Source: the human T2T-CHM13v2.0 reference genome, Homo sapiens. From it: 64,000 bases of DNA. Both the position numbers and the translations under genes were made by a program. The notes under the pieces were generated by a model. The model was not told where the DNA came from. It saw only the letters and a list, made by a program, of their open reading frames with translations, and searched no databases. This document shows, piece by piece, positions 13,470 to 27,344 of this stretch (position 1 is the stretch's first letter; each line of letters starts with the position of its first letter). The stretch lies in assembly GCF_009914755.1 (NCBI RefSeq), contig NC_060930.1; one strand, given 5' to 3'.

Positions 13470-13680
13470 TATATTTACCATTTTCTTGTAAGCATTTTTT
13501 TCATATTAGCTCCTTGAATCCTCACAACAACCCTAAGCAGTAAAATCTATAATTACCTCATTTTTGAGATGGGAATACGAAGTTAAATAACTCACACTAG
13601 GGCTCTAGCCAGTAAGTGACAAAGGCTGGATTTGAACTCTGGCAGTGCAGAGCATATCCTGTTAGCCACAATGTACAATG
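13470..13680 (-). mobile_element. MIR
   Basis: tgaatcctcacaacaaccctaag...ggatttgaactctggcagt. Confidence 0.7.
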
Positions 13681-13724
13681 CTGGTGTTGACTGACAGCTT
13701 GTGTTTCGCCTCCATCTCTCTTGA

Positions 13725-14069
<345 letters not shown>

Positions 14070-15299
14070 TAATACAGGAGATAGTGTTTAATATAGGAGA
14101 CAGCAATAAAAAAATCTGGAAAATGTATTTCAACTGAAATCCAGAGAAGGTAGTGGCTTGCCACTTGGCAATGGAACTGGAATTAGACTCAAGTCTCTAC
14201 CTCTCACTACTCACCATGGAGGCTCTTGTACAGAACATACTTCCGTCGTAATAAAGTATGGACTGGTATAGTAGAGTAAGTGAGGAGTGTAGAGAAGAAT
14301 TTCTATTTGTGTTCAGTTAAGGTTTGATTTAAACCAGTGTTCGTACCTTAATTTGAAAAAGTAAATGTAATTTAAATATTTCTTTTTTCTTGTAAATAAA
14401 TGTATATTTGTTCGCATCAAAACAAATTTCAAGTTGCACTGCAAAAGGGAAGAGTAAACTTCTGTAACTCACATCATTGTTTTTTTAAAGAGCCATTTAA
14501 TAAATAGTCTATATTTCAGTTCAGTATTATTTATGTTTTCAATATGTTCTTCTATAAAGTGTATGAATCAGTTGTTGTTAGTTCAGACAAGATTAAAACC
14601 TTTACTCCCACATGAAGAATGAAATGTCAATTTTTCTTTTGATATTTAGATGTTGCTTACAGAATTATAGTGGCTAACTGGAGTTCCATCCATAGTCAAG
14701 GTCATTTCATTTTTGAAACCCTCAGGAAACACATTGTATTATTGTTCTTGAACCACTTGAACATTATAGGTTGACTGACTTCAAAAACTGTATCATGGGT
14801 AAAAAGCATAAAGTTGTATTCTTATGTTTTTTTTTTCAAGTAATCCTAGATTTTAAAATGATAGCTTCGATTTTGTATGACAAAAGCTTCCCCAAACACT
14901 AAACCTTTTAAATAAATGACATTCTTTATTATTTTCTCTTTTATTCCCTACGGGTAATTGTGAAATCTCACAGTATCTTCTGTTAGCTCTGCTTTTGCCT
15001 AACCCACACTAAGAATTTCCTTTTTTTTTTTTTTCTCATTGCACAGTTATTCCTCCCTAAGCTTTTGGGCTACAAAGGTAACTTGAAAGTCAAGAGTCAC
15101 AACTGTCCTGGTCAGATTTCTGTCAGCCTTCTGAGCCTTCTCACCTCCAACCCTTTGGCTTCTCAGTCTCCTTGATCCTAATGAGGAAAGAAAGAAAGGA
15201 AATAATATCTCTTTTCTACCATAACTTCTGCTCAAGATGCCACACTATGCTTCTGGTTTCTTTTCACCTTCACATTCTTAGAAGGAGGGGTGACATTTG

Positions 15300-15870
15300 T
15301 TACCTTAGTGTCCTCATCTCTTTTGGTCCTTTGGAAATTTTTTTATTTTTTATGACAGCAGCACCCCATTCTCACAACTCTCTGCTATGTTTACTTTCTA
15401 GACACTACTCATATCTGGTTGTCTTCTTAGCTCTTGAACTACTTTTTTTCCTCCCTGTATCCTTTGCTAGTACCTCTTTCCCTGCCCAAATCTTAAATGT
15501 TATCTGAATTTCCAACCTATTTGTTGTTCTTTTCATCAGCTTTGCAAGTCCCCCTGAGTGATGTCACCCAATCTCTTGGCTTGAGCGCCACCATTTTCTC
15601 TACAATTCCTGCCTCCAGCTTGATCTTCTCATCTAGGCACCAGACACAGACTTCCAAATAAGTGTGGAACTGCTTTAGCTGGAAGACCTGAAGCACCTCA
15701 AACTCAGCACAGCCAGAGCTAAAACCATTATCTTCTTTCTAAAGCCTGTCTTTTGATTTGTGCTTTTTATGGACATTGGTAAATGTTCTCACTGTTGACA
15801 GGTCTATTGCATCTTAAAACATCAGAGTCCTTCAAGTCTTCCTTCTACCTCACTCTAATATTTAATCATT
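15300..15870 (+). mobile_element. L2 fragment
   Basis: gcacctcaaactcagcacagccagagctaaaaccattatctt and other L2 motifs; approximate limits. Confidence 0.6.
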
Positions 15871-15889
15871 TCAGGGATTCTTTTCCCAA

Positions 15890-16265
15890 ATCTTAAGAAA
15901 ACTTCAGACACACCGAAATTGAGGGATGTTCTACAAAATATCTGACACTCCTAAAGAGTGTCAAAGCCAGTAAAAACAAGAAAGATTGAGGAACTTTCAC
16001 AGATTGAAGATGACTAAGGAGGCACGATGAATACAAGCAAGGTCATACCCTGGACCAGATCCCTTGAAAGTAAAGGACATTAGTGGTCAAATGTGAACGA
16101 AATCTGTAGTTCGTTAATGGTAATGTGCCAATGTTAATTTCAGTTTTTTACAAATGTTCTGTGGGTCTAGCAGATATAAAGATTAGGGAAAGCTGGGTGA
16201 AAGGCATAAGGAAACTCTATGCTATCTTAGCTACATTTCTACAAATCAACAATTTTTCTAAAACA
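15890..16265 (+). mobile_element. L1MC-type 3'UTR
   Basis: aaattgagggatgttctacaaaata...gggaaagctgggtgaaaggcataaggaaactct. Confidence 0.75.
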
Positions 16266-16309
16266 ACAACTAAAAAGCAAAACAAAAAGCATGGCTTCCC
16301 ACTGTTTAT

Positions 16310-16480
16310 GCGGTGTTTCTCAACTTATTTTGAAAAACTCATCTGGATTTTTTTTTTTTTTAATATATGTGGCTGGGCCCCACCTGGGATATTTAGATTC
16401 AGCAGGACTGTGGTGGAGCCAAGGAAGCTGCATAATTGTCAGGTGCCACAGGATATTTTTAAATACTCCAGGTATTGCAA
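16310..16480. mobile_element. MER5-family MITE, degenerate
   Basis: gtgtttctcaactt...ctgggccccacc...gattcagcaggactgtggtggagccaagg. Confidence 0.55.
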
Positions 16481-16617
16481 AATTACTTGTCTACAGGACA
16501 AACAGAGCTTGCCTATGACATTTCCTTGATATAGACTTCTAAATTTTTTTTATAGAGAGCATTGCTCAGATATCATAGACAGCCAGAATTATCTTTTGTA
16601 ATAAAGAATATACTACT

Positions 16618-16911
16618 GGCTGGGCACTGTGGCTCACACCTGAAATCCCAGCACTCTAGGAGACCGAGGCAGGTGGATCACTTGAATTCAGGAGTTCAAG
16701 ACCGGCCTGGCCAACATGCTAAAACCCTGTCTCTACTAAAAATACAAAAATGAGCTGGAGGTGGTGGTGCATGCCTGTAACCCCAGCTACACGGGAGGCT
16801 GAGGCAGGAGAATGGCTTGAACCTGGAAGGCAGAGGTTGCAGTGAGATCATGTCACTGTACTCCAGCCTGGGCAACAGAGCAAGACTCCATCTCAAAAAA
16901 AAAAAAAAAAA
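16618..16911 (+). mobile_element. AluS, full length
   Basis: Alu body, poly(A), TSD gaatatactact. Confidence 0.97.
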
Positions 16912-17749
16912 CAGGAATATACTACTTAATAAGACTGAAGTGATCCTGAGTATAAGGAATAAAACTGATATGTTGAATAGTTTTTCACTTAAAGAATTGC
17001 ATGAAACCCATATATTTTATTTTTAAATATAGTATATTGTAAGTTTGCCACTTGATTTCAATGACTCTAAAGGCTTATTAAATATTTATGAGTGAGGGAA
17101 TTATTTCCACAGCATTTTGCATTCCGTTTGCTTTGAAGTGAAAATTTGCACATGATACATTTCCAGCAGGATTTTCATATGGTCAGCGTATACTTGCAAG
17201 CTTCTTGGGAAATGGAAACACTGCAAGGTTATTTCAATAAACAGGAAAAAAAAATGCCCAACTTGGAAAAATGTTACAGAGATCTTTAAAAAACATACGA
17301 GTAATGAAAGAGTGAAATTAGAGAGGTCATGTGTGTATGTATATGTCTCTGTGAGTGTATGTGTGCATGAAGCCTCTCACTGGGCTGCATGAGATTTATG
17401 AGGAGATGTCAGGAGTTCCTTGGACTCTCTGAAATTGAAGGAAAATACATGTATGTACATATTGTTGAGGATTCTCAATAAGGACAGTGAGCAAAAAAGC
17501 AGTCAGAAACACTGACCATGGGGAATCTTTTGAGAAGCAATGGCATAATTTTAGGTGGCCTAAATTATTGTTTTAAATCAAATAAGTAAAAGGTAGAGGC
17601 ATTGTGATATGATCTTGTAATAAGACCTATTGCTAATGTACAGCTTATTTACTTTTCCCAATAGAGGATTGAGAAAAGTCTTAGAATGCAATGAACATTT
17701 CCTGAAATGATCCAAACTGAAGCCTTGGTATAAGAATAGGTTATTAAAA

Positions 17750-18330
17750 TAGTTTGTCAAATGTTTATTAAGACCTTACTATGTACCGAGCGAAGTTCTA
17801 GAGCTTTAGTTCACATTAGTGAACAAAACAGACAAATATCGATCTCTAATCAATTTTACATTCAGTTAGGGAAGATAGACCTTAAAGAATAAACAAAATA
17901 AGTAAATTGCATAGTATGTTAGAGTGTGATATAAATGCTATGGAAAAAAATAAAAAAAAAAAGAGCAGGGTAAGATGGGTTGGACCAGCCACTTGGGGGT
18001 ATGGAGAAGTTGCATATTAAATAGGGTGAAAGGATGGACCCATCTGAATAGGTAAGATTTGAGCAAAGATTCCAAGGAGGTAAGAGATTTAGCTCAGTGG
18101 ATCCTGAAGTGGGGATAGGGGTGGGGTGGTGGGACATTCCAAGTAGAGGGAAAGAGCAATGGTGACATTTGGGGAGCTGTGAGGAGGCCTCACTGTGAGG
18201 AATGAAGTGATCAGTAAGCTAGGAGAAGAGTAGGAAAAGAAGCCAGAGGAGTAACTGAGGCAGTGAGGGCTTTGCAGCCACTGTAGGACTTGGGCTTTCT
18301 CTCTGTATGTGATGGGAACCAGCACAGATG
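17750..18330 (-). mobile_element. L2 3' part
   Basis: aaatgtttattaagaccttactatgtacc...gtgaacaaaacagaca; continues after the Alu/L1 block at about 19715. Confidence 0.7.
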
Positions 18331-18475
18331 TTTTTTGTTTGTTTTATAGATCCACAAGTATAAACTTCAATATACTTTGGTCAGAAATGGATAAATCAAG
18401 TCAACACAAAATATGTAAATCCAGAGGGAATTTGATAAAATTAACATAACAACCAGCTCTAAAAGTAGACAATGT

Positions 18476-18778
18476 GGCTGGGTGGCTCATGCCTATAATT
18501 CCAGAACTCTGGGAGGCCAAGGTGAAAAGATACTTGAGGTCAGGAGTTTGAGACCAGCCTAGACAACATAGTGAGACCTCCTGTTTCTATAAAAAAAAAG
18601 AAAAGAAAAAATAGCTGGGCATGGTGGTATATGCCTTAGTTCCAGCTTCTTGGGAGGCTGAGGTAAGAAGTTCGCTTAAGCCTAGAAGTTTGAGGCTGCA
18701 GTGAGCTATGATTGTACTACTAGCACTCCGGCCTGAGCTACAAAGTGAGACCCCTGTCTCTTAAAAAAAAAAAAAAAA
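18476..18778 (+). mobile_element. AluJ
   Basis: J-type features (gaggctgcagtgagctatgatt, caacatagtgagacc), poly(A). Confidence 0.93.
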
Positions 18779-19043
18779 GTTGAGAATGCATTTGCTTTCA
18801 AACACACAGGGGCAGTTTATAAACATTGTCCATGTATCAGACCTCAAATAAAGTCTCACCATGTTCAAGAAGAGACCATGCACAACATATTATCTTACAA
18901 CAGTGCAACAAAAGTAGACGTTAACAAGATTTGAATAGTTTTTTTCTTAAATATAAATATTTAAAGATTTAAAAGCACGCTTTCACATATCTCTTGGTTT
19001 AACAGGCATATCAAACCCGAAATTACAAACTATGGAAAAATTA

Positions 19044-19312
<269 letters not shown>

Positions 19313-19714
19313 AAACAAAAACATTGCACAGTGAAACCCATATGATATAATTAATATGCTGCCCAGAAGTAGTAAATTGAATTCAAAACCTCTCAGGATA
19401 TCTTACATTGAAATTTCAGTATTATTTGCGAAGCAGTGACCGGCAAAACTGGGATGAGAACATGCAAGTCAACTCTAATGTAGCTGAAGAAATTGAACTT
19501 TTGAATTCAGCTTACGTTACCAGTAGAAGTGGCTTTTCTTCTTTAACAGAGAAAGCATCTCCCCTGGCTTGAAGAATCTGCACTAGCCTCCCTTGAGGAA
19601 AGAATTGTCTTGCTAGGGAATTTGTAGGACCGTAGGTTTTTGTTACTGTTGTTGTTTTAAAAGAGAGAGTCTCGCTCTGTCACCCAGGCTAGAGTACTGT
19701 GGCATGATGACAGC

Positions 19715-21000
19715 AGAGGATAACAACTTGTTTCAAATGAATCACTGGCTGTTGTGTTGCAGAGGACACTAGGGGGCAACAGTGTGGATGCCAGGAGACT
19801 AGGAGGCTATTATAGTAACCCAGATGAGAGAGGACAGCAACTGGGACAGTCCTGGGAGCAGTAGGGGTGGTGGAAAGTAGTCACTCTTGATATATTCTGT
19901 ATGTAAAGCCAGCATGATCTCCTGATTTGTTGTGAGGGGATGTGGGGAGAGAAGAAGAGTCAAGGATAACTCCAAGGTCTTACCCCACAGAGATGGAGAA
20001 GATTGCAGGCAGGAGCAGCTTTGGAAGGAAGATTACGAGCTCAGTTTCAAATGTTAAGTCTGAGAAGTTAAGCTCCAAGTGGAGATATGGAGGAGACAAC
20101 TGGCTATGTGGGCCTAGAAATTTGGAGAGAGATCTGCCTTGGAGATATAAATTTAGGAGTCATCAGCATGTAAATGATGTGTAAGGGTCATAGGACTAGA
20201 GATCACCAAGGGAGAGAGGGTAGCTGGCAAAGAGAAGAGGCCAAGGACTGGGTCTTGGGGCTCTTTCTAACACTAAGTCATCAGGGGGAAGCAGAAGAAC
20301 CAATCAAGGAGACTGAAAAGAAGCAGCCTGGTAGGAAGAAGGAAAGCCAAGAATGTGTTGTCCTGGAAACCACACAGAGTAACTGTATTAAGGAAGAGTG
20401 AAAGACAGACTTTGGCACATACTGACCTGACAGATCAAGTAAGATAATCAATGAGCACTGACCAATGGATTCAGTAATATGGCTATTACTGATGACTTTG
20501 TCAAGAACAGTTCAGTTGAGTGGTAAGGGCAAAAGCCTGATTGAGTGGATTCAAGACAGAATTTGAGGAAAGAAACTAGACAGCCAGGTGATTTGCTGCC
20601 AAGGGGAGCAAAGGAATGGGGCAGGAGCTGGTAGGAAGGTGAGGCCAAACGAGTGTGTGTAGTTTTTTTTTTTCTATTTAAGGTAAGACAAAAAATAGCG
20701 TGTTTGAGTCCTGGTAGAATGACCCAACAGACAGTGTAAAATGAATGGTGTTGGAGATAGAGAGGAGAACTGGCAGATTGATATTCTCCATTAGGCAAAA
20801 GGGATGGGATCTATTACATAAAGGGTGGGTGGGGCTCACAGAAAAACGGAAATTTCATCTATGGAAGAGACGGGAACATGGAGAATGTAGGTAGATACTT
20901 TGGTAGAAGCCTGCGGATATTTTCCTCTAACTGCTTCTATTTTCTCAGTGAAGGGAGAATTAAGGTGAGCAGCTAAAAGCAAGGGTAGTCCAAAAATTCT
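19715..21000 (-). mobile_element. L2, long fragment
   Basis: gagtcaaggataactccaagg, ggagatataaatttaggagtcatcagcat, attactgatgactttgtcaagaacagttcagt. Confidence 0.8.
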
Positions 21001-21096
21001 ATGAAGATATAAATATGTCAGAAACTTATTACTGTGGTGCTCCTTCTATTAAACTGTTTATTTGCCAGAGTGTCACTTGAGTAGAATTAATGAAAG

Positions 21097-21459
21097 TGTA
21101 TTAGTCCATTTCACACAGCTATAAAGAAATATCTGAGACTGGGTAATTTAGAAAGAAAAGAGGTTTAATTGACTCACAGTTCCGCATGGCTAGGGAGGCC
21201 TCAGGTCACTTACAACAATGGCAGAAGGCGAAGGAGAAGCAAGTACCTTCTTCACAAGGTGGCAGGAAAGAGAGAGTGTGCAAGGGAAACTTCCACTTAT
21301 GAACCATCAGATCTCATGAGAAATCACTCACCATCACAAGAATAGCATGGGAAAAACCACCCCCATTATCCAACCACCTCCCAGTGGGTCCCTCCCTGGA
21401 CACCTGAGGATTACAGTTCCAGACGAGATTTGGTGGGGACACAGAGCCAAACCATATCA
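21097..21459 (-). mobile_element. THE1/MST-type MaLR solo LTR
   Basis: tgtattagtccattt...aaagaggtttaattgactcacagttccgcatggc...ggggacacagagccaaaccatatca; near-TSD gaaag/gaagg. Confidence 0.93.
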
Positions 21460-22222
21460 GAAGGCAGAAGAAGTACCATAATAATGTGATACAAAGAACA
21501 TCTGCCCTGTGGTACTCCTGTCTAGCTGTTTGATATATAACTAAATGCTACTCTTCCCGAACTCAGCATACAGGGAGGGAAATTTCAGGGCCTCCATCCC
21601 TGGGAGAATATTCTGAAAGAAGGGTAACCCTTAGCAACTGCACAAACTGCTCCCAGATGACTCACCAGAGAGCTTCTGGGTGGAAATCCAGTGGAAATAA
21701 TGCAAACAGATTCATCTTGACCCCAGAGGTCTAACTCCACCCAAGGCTTAAGTTTCTTTCCTCTGTTGTACCCTGTGAGTTTCCTGGAGCAAATATTCAT
21801 GCTTAGCTCCCATGTCTCTTCCCATTTAGCTGTCAGTTCCACTTAGGTATGCAAAGGCACTCAGTTCTCACTGCTTTTAAAATTTCATGATTTTCCCCTG
21901 GCGTTCTCCTGAGATTCCTCCCAGTATTGCACCTTCATGCTCGCCTTCATAGGCGAGCAGCATTAACGCCTGGGCTTCCTGAGCATCAGCAGCAGCTTTC
22001 AAACAGAGAAGCACATTAGGAAAGCGAATTCACTCAGTCATTTAACTGTTCATTCTTCTATTTAGAACTTAAGAATGTACAAGTCACCTCAGACATTAAG
22101 GCCTTCTTGAGAAACGAGGGGAATATTTAAAAGCAGTTTTAAAAAAGAAAACATTAGCTCTGCAATTTTTATCTGTGTCTTGGATAGTTAACCTACAGAG
22201 AAAATTAATTTCTTACCACATT

Positions 22223-22228
<6 letters not shown>

Positions 22229-22271
<43 letters not shown>

Positions 22272-22278
22272 TGTGTGT
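22229..22278. repeat. (CT)n(GT)n compound microsatellite
   Basis: About 13 CT units followed by about 12 GT units. Confidence 0.97.
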
Positions 22279-22584
22279 AAATCTGGGAAGATCCCATGAA
22301 CTTTTACTTACTCTGGTAGAACAGGCAGTTTAAGTCACAAGAAGTCTCAAATTTCTAAATGTCTAGTCCAAGGTATGAATCAGCACACCATTTCCATTCT
22401 AGGAGAAGTCCCTTCTCCTCTCCCTCCCAGCCGCAGATCTGTTATGGAAGGGCAGGCTTCTGCTCTCTGCCCCACTCCTTCAGGCTGGCTGATTCCTCAG
22501 GGTGGAAGGTGGAAGGGAAGGTATGGGGAAGTGGAGGTGGTTGTGATGTGTGAAAGTATTGCCTCCTGAGAGCCACTTAAATAT

Positions 22585-22731
22585 CAGGAATGTTATAAGC
22601 TGGTTGTTAAACTGCTGGTAGCTTGAGATTAGTCATGGTGGGTGTATCTACACCACAGAGACTAGCAAATATTTCAGATCAAGGCTTCCCCATCCCTGCC
22701 CTTGGAGAGCTGTTTTATTAACACATCACTG
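22585..22731 (-). mobile_element. MER63-like hAT-Blackjack MITE
   Basis: agctggttgttaaac...atggtgggtgtatctacaccacag...acacatcactg. Confidence 0.5.
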
Positions 22732-23031
22732 GCTTAGGGAATAGGAAATTCTTCCGGGGTTTAGGTGGCTTTGAGTGCTATAGTCTTGGCAGACAGTTCA
22801 CCTGAGTCTTTCCCTACGTGTGAGTTCTTTGGAGACCACTATCATCAGGTACCTCTCTCCAGCCCCTGGGATACTATGGGCTGTTCATGTTGTCCTTGGG
22901 CAGGCTGCTTCCAATTCTCAGTCAGCTTCTGCTTGTAGAAGATGACCAGCCCCACACATTTCCTGCTGTTGGGACCCCTTTGGGCTCTGGGCAGGATTCA
23001 CTTTGATACTATCCCAGAGCAACATTCCTTT

Positions 23032-23666
23032 TATATTAGTTTTCTATTGCTGTATAAAAAGTGACTACAATCTCAGTGGATTAAAACAACACATATATAT
23101 TTTTTAATCTCAGTTTCTGTGGGTCATGAGTCTGGGCCTGGCTTAAGCAGGCTCCTCTACTCAAGTCCTCACAATGCTGCAATCAAGATGTCTGATGGGC
23201 TGCATCCTCTCTGGAGCTTGGGGTCCTCTTCCAAGTGCTTGTGGTTCTTGTTGGAATTCAGTTCTGGGCAGTTGTAGGACTGAGGTCCTTGTTTTCTTGC
23301 TGGTTGTCAGCTGGGGTCTTCTCTCAGCTCCTGGAGGCCACTTGCAGTTCTTTGCTCTCTTAGCTTCCTCTCTTAGGTCCTTTGATCAGATGTCTTGCAA
23401 AGACAGAAAGATAATCTAACTGGTTTACCTATATGGATGTAATGTAATGATGGGAGTGACTATCCTATCACCTTTGCCTAACCAAGGTAGAGACATCCCG
23501 TTCCTTTTCCACACCATGTAACATAATCAAGGGAGTGACATCCAACTACCTTTGTCATATGCTATTGACCAGAAGCAAGATACAGGCTCTGCCTACATTA
23601 AACAGGAGGGGATTGTACAGAAGAATCATGACTCATTGGAGGTCATCTTTGGGTATGCCCACCATA
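23032..23666 (-). mobile_element. MLT1-type MaLR LTR
   Basis: tatattagttttctattgctg...ttaaaacaacac...ctcagtttctgtgggtca. Confidence 0.8.
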
Positions 23667-25342
23667 CCTACTACATCTGGTCCTTGAATTTCACAGACCT
23701 GTGATCATCTGTCAGAGGGGAGCCAGTTTCTTCCCACAGAGCCTCAACTTTCTGCCTGTTCTGCCATGAAAGCCGCCTGCTGACCTCTCTCTCTCCTTCT
23801 GGATTTCCAGAAGTGCAGCACATGTCTATTGTGTTCCCACTGCAGGGTCCTGTGGATCCCTCTGATGGTCACTTTGGAGCCTACTGTCTTTAGACTTGAG
23901 GCAAAGCAAGTTGAAACTGACATAGCATTCCTGTCCTTGAGGTGAAAACGGGGCTAGTAGTCACAGCACCAATTTCTCCAAAGAATGCTCCTGAAATTTT
24001 CTTTCCTCTTCGTATTCTGAGTTCTTTGTGTAAATTTGATCTTGTCAATGGGCTCAAAAGTCAGTAGAATCTCCAACTTTCATATAGGAAATCAATAGAG
24101 TACAGTGTAAACTTTATAAACAATGAATAGCAGCATGTGTAGAATGTTTAAAAATGTGAAGGTGAATATTAGAAAAAATAGTTAAAAGAATAAAAACTGC
24201 TGCCATTGGAAAGCAGGGCAGGATAAGGGTGGGGCAGATATAGTGCTATTTTTCTTTATATTCCTTTTAGCATTACTTAATTTTTTCAGATATCTTCCTG
24301 TATTGTTTGGATTTTTTAAAATATATGCCCAAAGAGGCACTGTTTTCATCTAGTCTTTGTACTTGTATATCCTACTGCAGGACTAGACATAAGAATTTTT
24401 ATACTTCAGTTTACTCATCTGCTAAATAAGCACAGTAATGCTTTAAAAATTAAGAGATGAAAACTCTTGATAAAATATTTTGAAACCTCTAAGGAAATAT
24501 GCTTTAAAATATCAGTTGTGATGAGCCAATTTGCTATCACCAAGTCTTCTAAACATTGAATCAAATAGTCTTTGTCTAAGTTATTTCTGTGCCAAAGTTA
24601 CCATTCAGTCTCAGCTGAAAATGTATTTACTAAACACAGCTACAACTATGGCTTGTATTTATTATAGCTTAATGGTGAATTGTGGATTGCATGTTTGACA
24701 TTTTTGGAAGTCAATGCTCACTTTATTGAAATATCTTCTGTCTAAAATGTATACCAATGTTCTTCATCATACCAATCTACATTAATATCTTAGACATATT
24801 GATATACAGACATGTTGGGCACATAGACCATGTGGAACAGGAAACCAAAGAAAATGTCAGACTGTTGAAATCAGCATTCAGAGATGAGAAACAATTGGCC
24901 AGTGTGGCATGGGGCAGCCTGTTTCAGAGATTACAAGGATTAGACCAAAGTCACAAACAAGGATAGTCCCTGGCATCAGCAGCTAGAATTGTCAGTCAAT
25001 ATCCAGGCACGAGGGGCTGCTACTCAAGGGAGTCTTTTCTGAGCTGCACTTTTCAACACTTGAAAGGCAAATTAGAGAGTAGCAGCTCTTCCTATTAAAC
25101 TTAATTATGGATAGCAAATTGATCCATGCCATTTTAGAAATGCTCACCTCTTCAGTTATATTTGGCAGAAAATAGGAGGTTCCAACAAGTTCGATGTGAG
25201 TGAAGTTTAGTTCTTCTCTCACCACTTTAACATCATGTGCTGATGAAATAGAGTCTCACAATTCCGAGTCACAATTCTGAGTGGAGACATTTGTTACCAT
25301 TGATTACAAAGTGAGGCCAGGCCGGTTCATGCCACCTATTGT

Positions 25343-25594
25343 TTTTTTCTTTAAATAAATCTTATTGTGTATATTTGAGGTTTATCACATGATGTTATGG
25401 GATACAAATAGATAGTAAAATGGTTACTGTAGTGAAGCAAATCAAAACATATTCCTCTCACATTACTACTTTCTTGTGACAAAAGCAGCTAAAAATCTAC
25501 CAAACAGAATTCCCTAATATAATTTTATTAACTGTAGTCCTCACATTGTACATGGAATCACTAGACTTGCCCATCCTACATATCTTCTACCTTA
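25343..25594 (-). mobile_element. Severely 5'-truncated L1MA 3' end
   Basis: L1MA 3'UTR; 15-bp TSD catgccaccta(t/c)tgt at 25328 and 25595. Confidence 0.9.
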
Positions 25595-26109
25595 CATGCC
25601 ACCTACTGTAAGTCTCAGGAGTTCCTAGGTCTTTTCTTTAGGTGATTCATCCACTTGTTACATGGAAGGTTGATTTACTTGAGGCAGACACACTGATTTC
25701 CCAAAAGCAGAATCGTTTTATCCTGAGAGTTGACATCAGAGAAACAGAAGTTTTATGACCTTTCAACAGGATTCAGGTCACAAGGGCACAGGCCACAGGC
25801 CTTATCAGGTTCTTATTCTAGTGTGAGGAGTATCTTGAAACCATTTCCTTGGCTCATCTGTATATCTAGCATGTCATTAATTCATCATTGAGAGCCTATT
25901 TCTGATATTCTTTATGATAATTTCCTAAGCCTCCGTGCAAGAAGACTTGTGCTAGCCTCTGGAGTGCAGACTTCCCAACTAACTGCTGACTAGCTAACTA
26001 AGCAACCCGAGGGCAGAAATTTCTGCTTCAGATAACAGATAATACCTAAGGCTGTACTTAAACCAATACATGCTGTTTGTGCTGAGGGTTTTTTTTTTTT
26101 TTTTTTTGT

Positions 26110-27340
26110 AAGACAGTTTTGTTGGGATGCAATTTACTTTCCTTTAATATAAACTTTATCTATTGTAAGTGTACAATTTAGTAATTTTAGAAAATGTATA
26201 GGGTTGTGCACCCATCACAGCAATCCAGTTTTATAATATTTTTGTCACTCAGAAAGATTCCTCTTGCCCATTTGCAGCCAATTTCAAATTCCATCTCCAG
26301 TTCCAGGCAACCACTAATCTATTATCTATTTCTATAAGTTTGGATTTTCTGAATATTTCATGTAAGTTGAATTATATAATGTGTGGATTTTGTATCTGGC
26401 TTATTTCATTTAGCATAATCTTTTGAGGTTCAGCCACATTGTAACATGTATCAGTAGTTCACCCTTTTTGGTTGCTGAATAGTATTTCATTGCATATACA
26501 CACTGAATTTTGTCATTCATTCACTATGAACATATATATATATATATATATATAGTGAATGAACATATATATAGTTGTTTCCCCTTTTTGACTATTATGA
26601 ATAATGCTGCTATGAACATATATATATATATATATATATATATGTCTTATATATATATAGGTCCTTGAGTGAACATATGTTTTCATTCATTTAGGGTAGA
26701 TAGCTAGGAGTTGGACCAATGTTAAAGTGAAGTTTAAGCATTTTAAGAAACTGCCAACCTGTTTTCCTAAGTGACTGCACCATTTTTACATTCCATCAAC
26801 GATGTAGGATGGTTCCAGTTTCCCCACATCTTCACCAGCCTTGTTATTGTTAAAGCAAACTAAACATGGCCTGAGAAGGAATCCGTACTTCCATATTTGA
26901 GTCCTTGTGGATGAACAGCAACCTAACTTAATAGTTAGACAAGACTGAAAATCTAACTTAAGAGTGTGAGCCTGTAATAATAGCTAGGTCTTGGCCAATC
27001 CCAGTGGCCGTACTTCAACCATTCATACACTGCTGAGTGTTCAAACTGTGTTCAAATAAGGCAAATGCCAACCTGTAACCAATCCAGCTGTTCTGTACTT
27101 CACTTCCAATTTCTGTACCTCATTTCCTTTTTGTTTGTCTATAAATCTCATTCCACCACTTGACTGTGCTGCAGTCTCTGAATCTGCTGTGATTCTGGGG
27201 GCTGCCTGATTCGCGAATTGTTCATTGCTCAGTTAAACTCCTTTAAATTTAATTTGGCTGAAGGTTTTCTTTTAACATTATTATTTGTGTTTTTTATTAT
27301 AGCCATCCTAGTGGGTGTGAAGTAATATCTCATTGTGATG
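26110..27340 (-). mobile_element. L1MB/MC-type 3' end, interrupted by MER57-type LTR
   Basis: tggcttatttcatttagcataat, ttatgaataatgctgctatgaaca, ttattatagccatcctagtgggtgtgaagt. Confidence 0.85.
26848..27277 (+). mobile_element. MER57-type ERV1 solo LTR
   Basis: tgttaaagcaaactaaacatggcctgagaagga...ttttcttttaaca; TG...CA termini; perfect 4-bp TSD TTAT. Confidence 0.9.
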
Positions 27341-27344
27341 TTGT

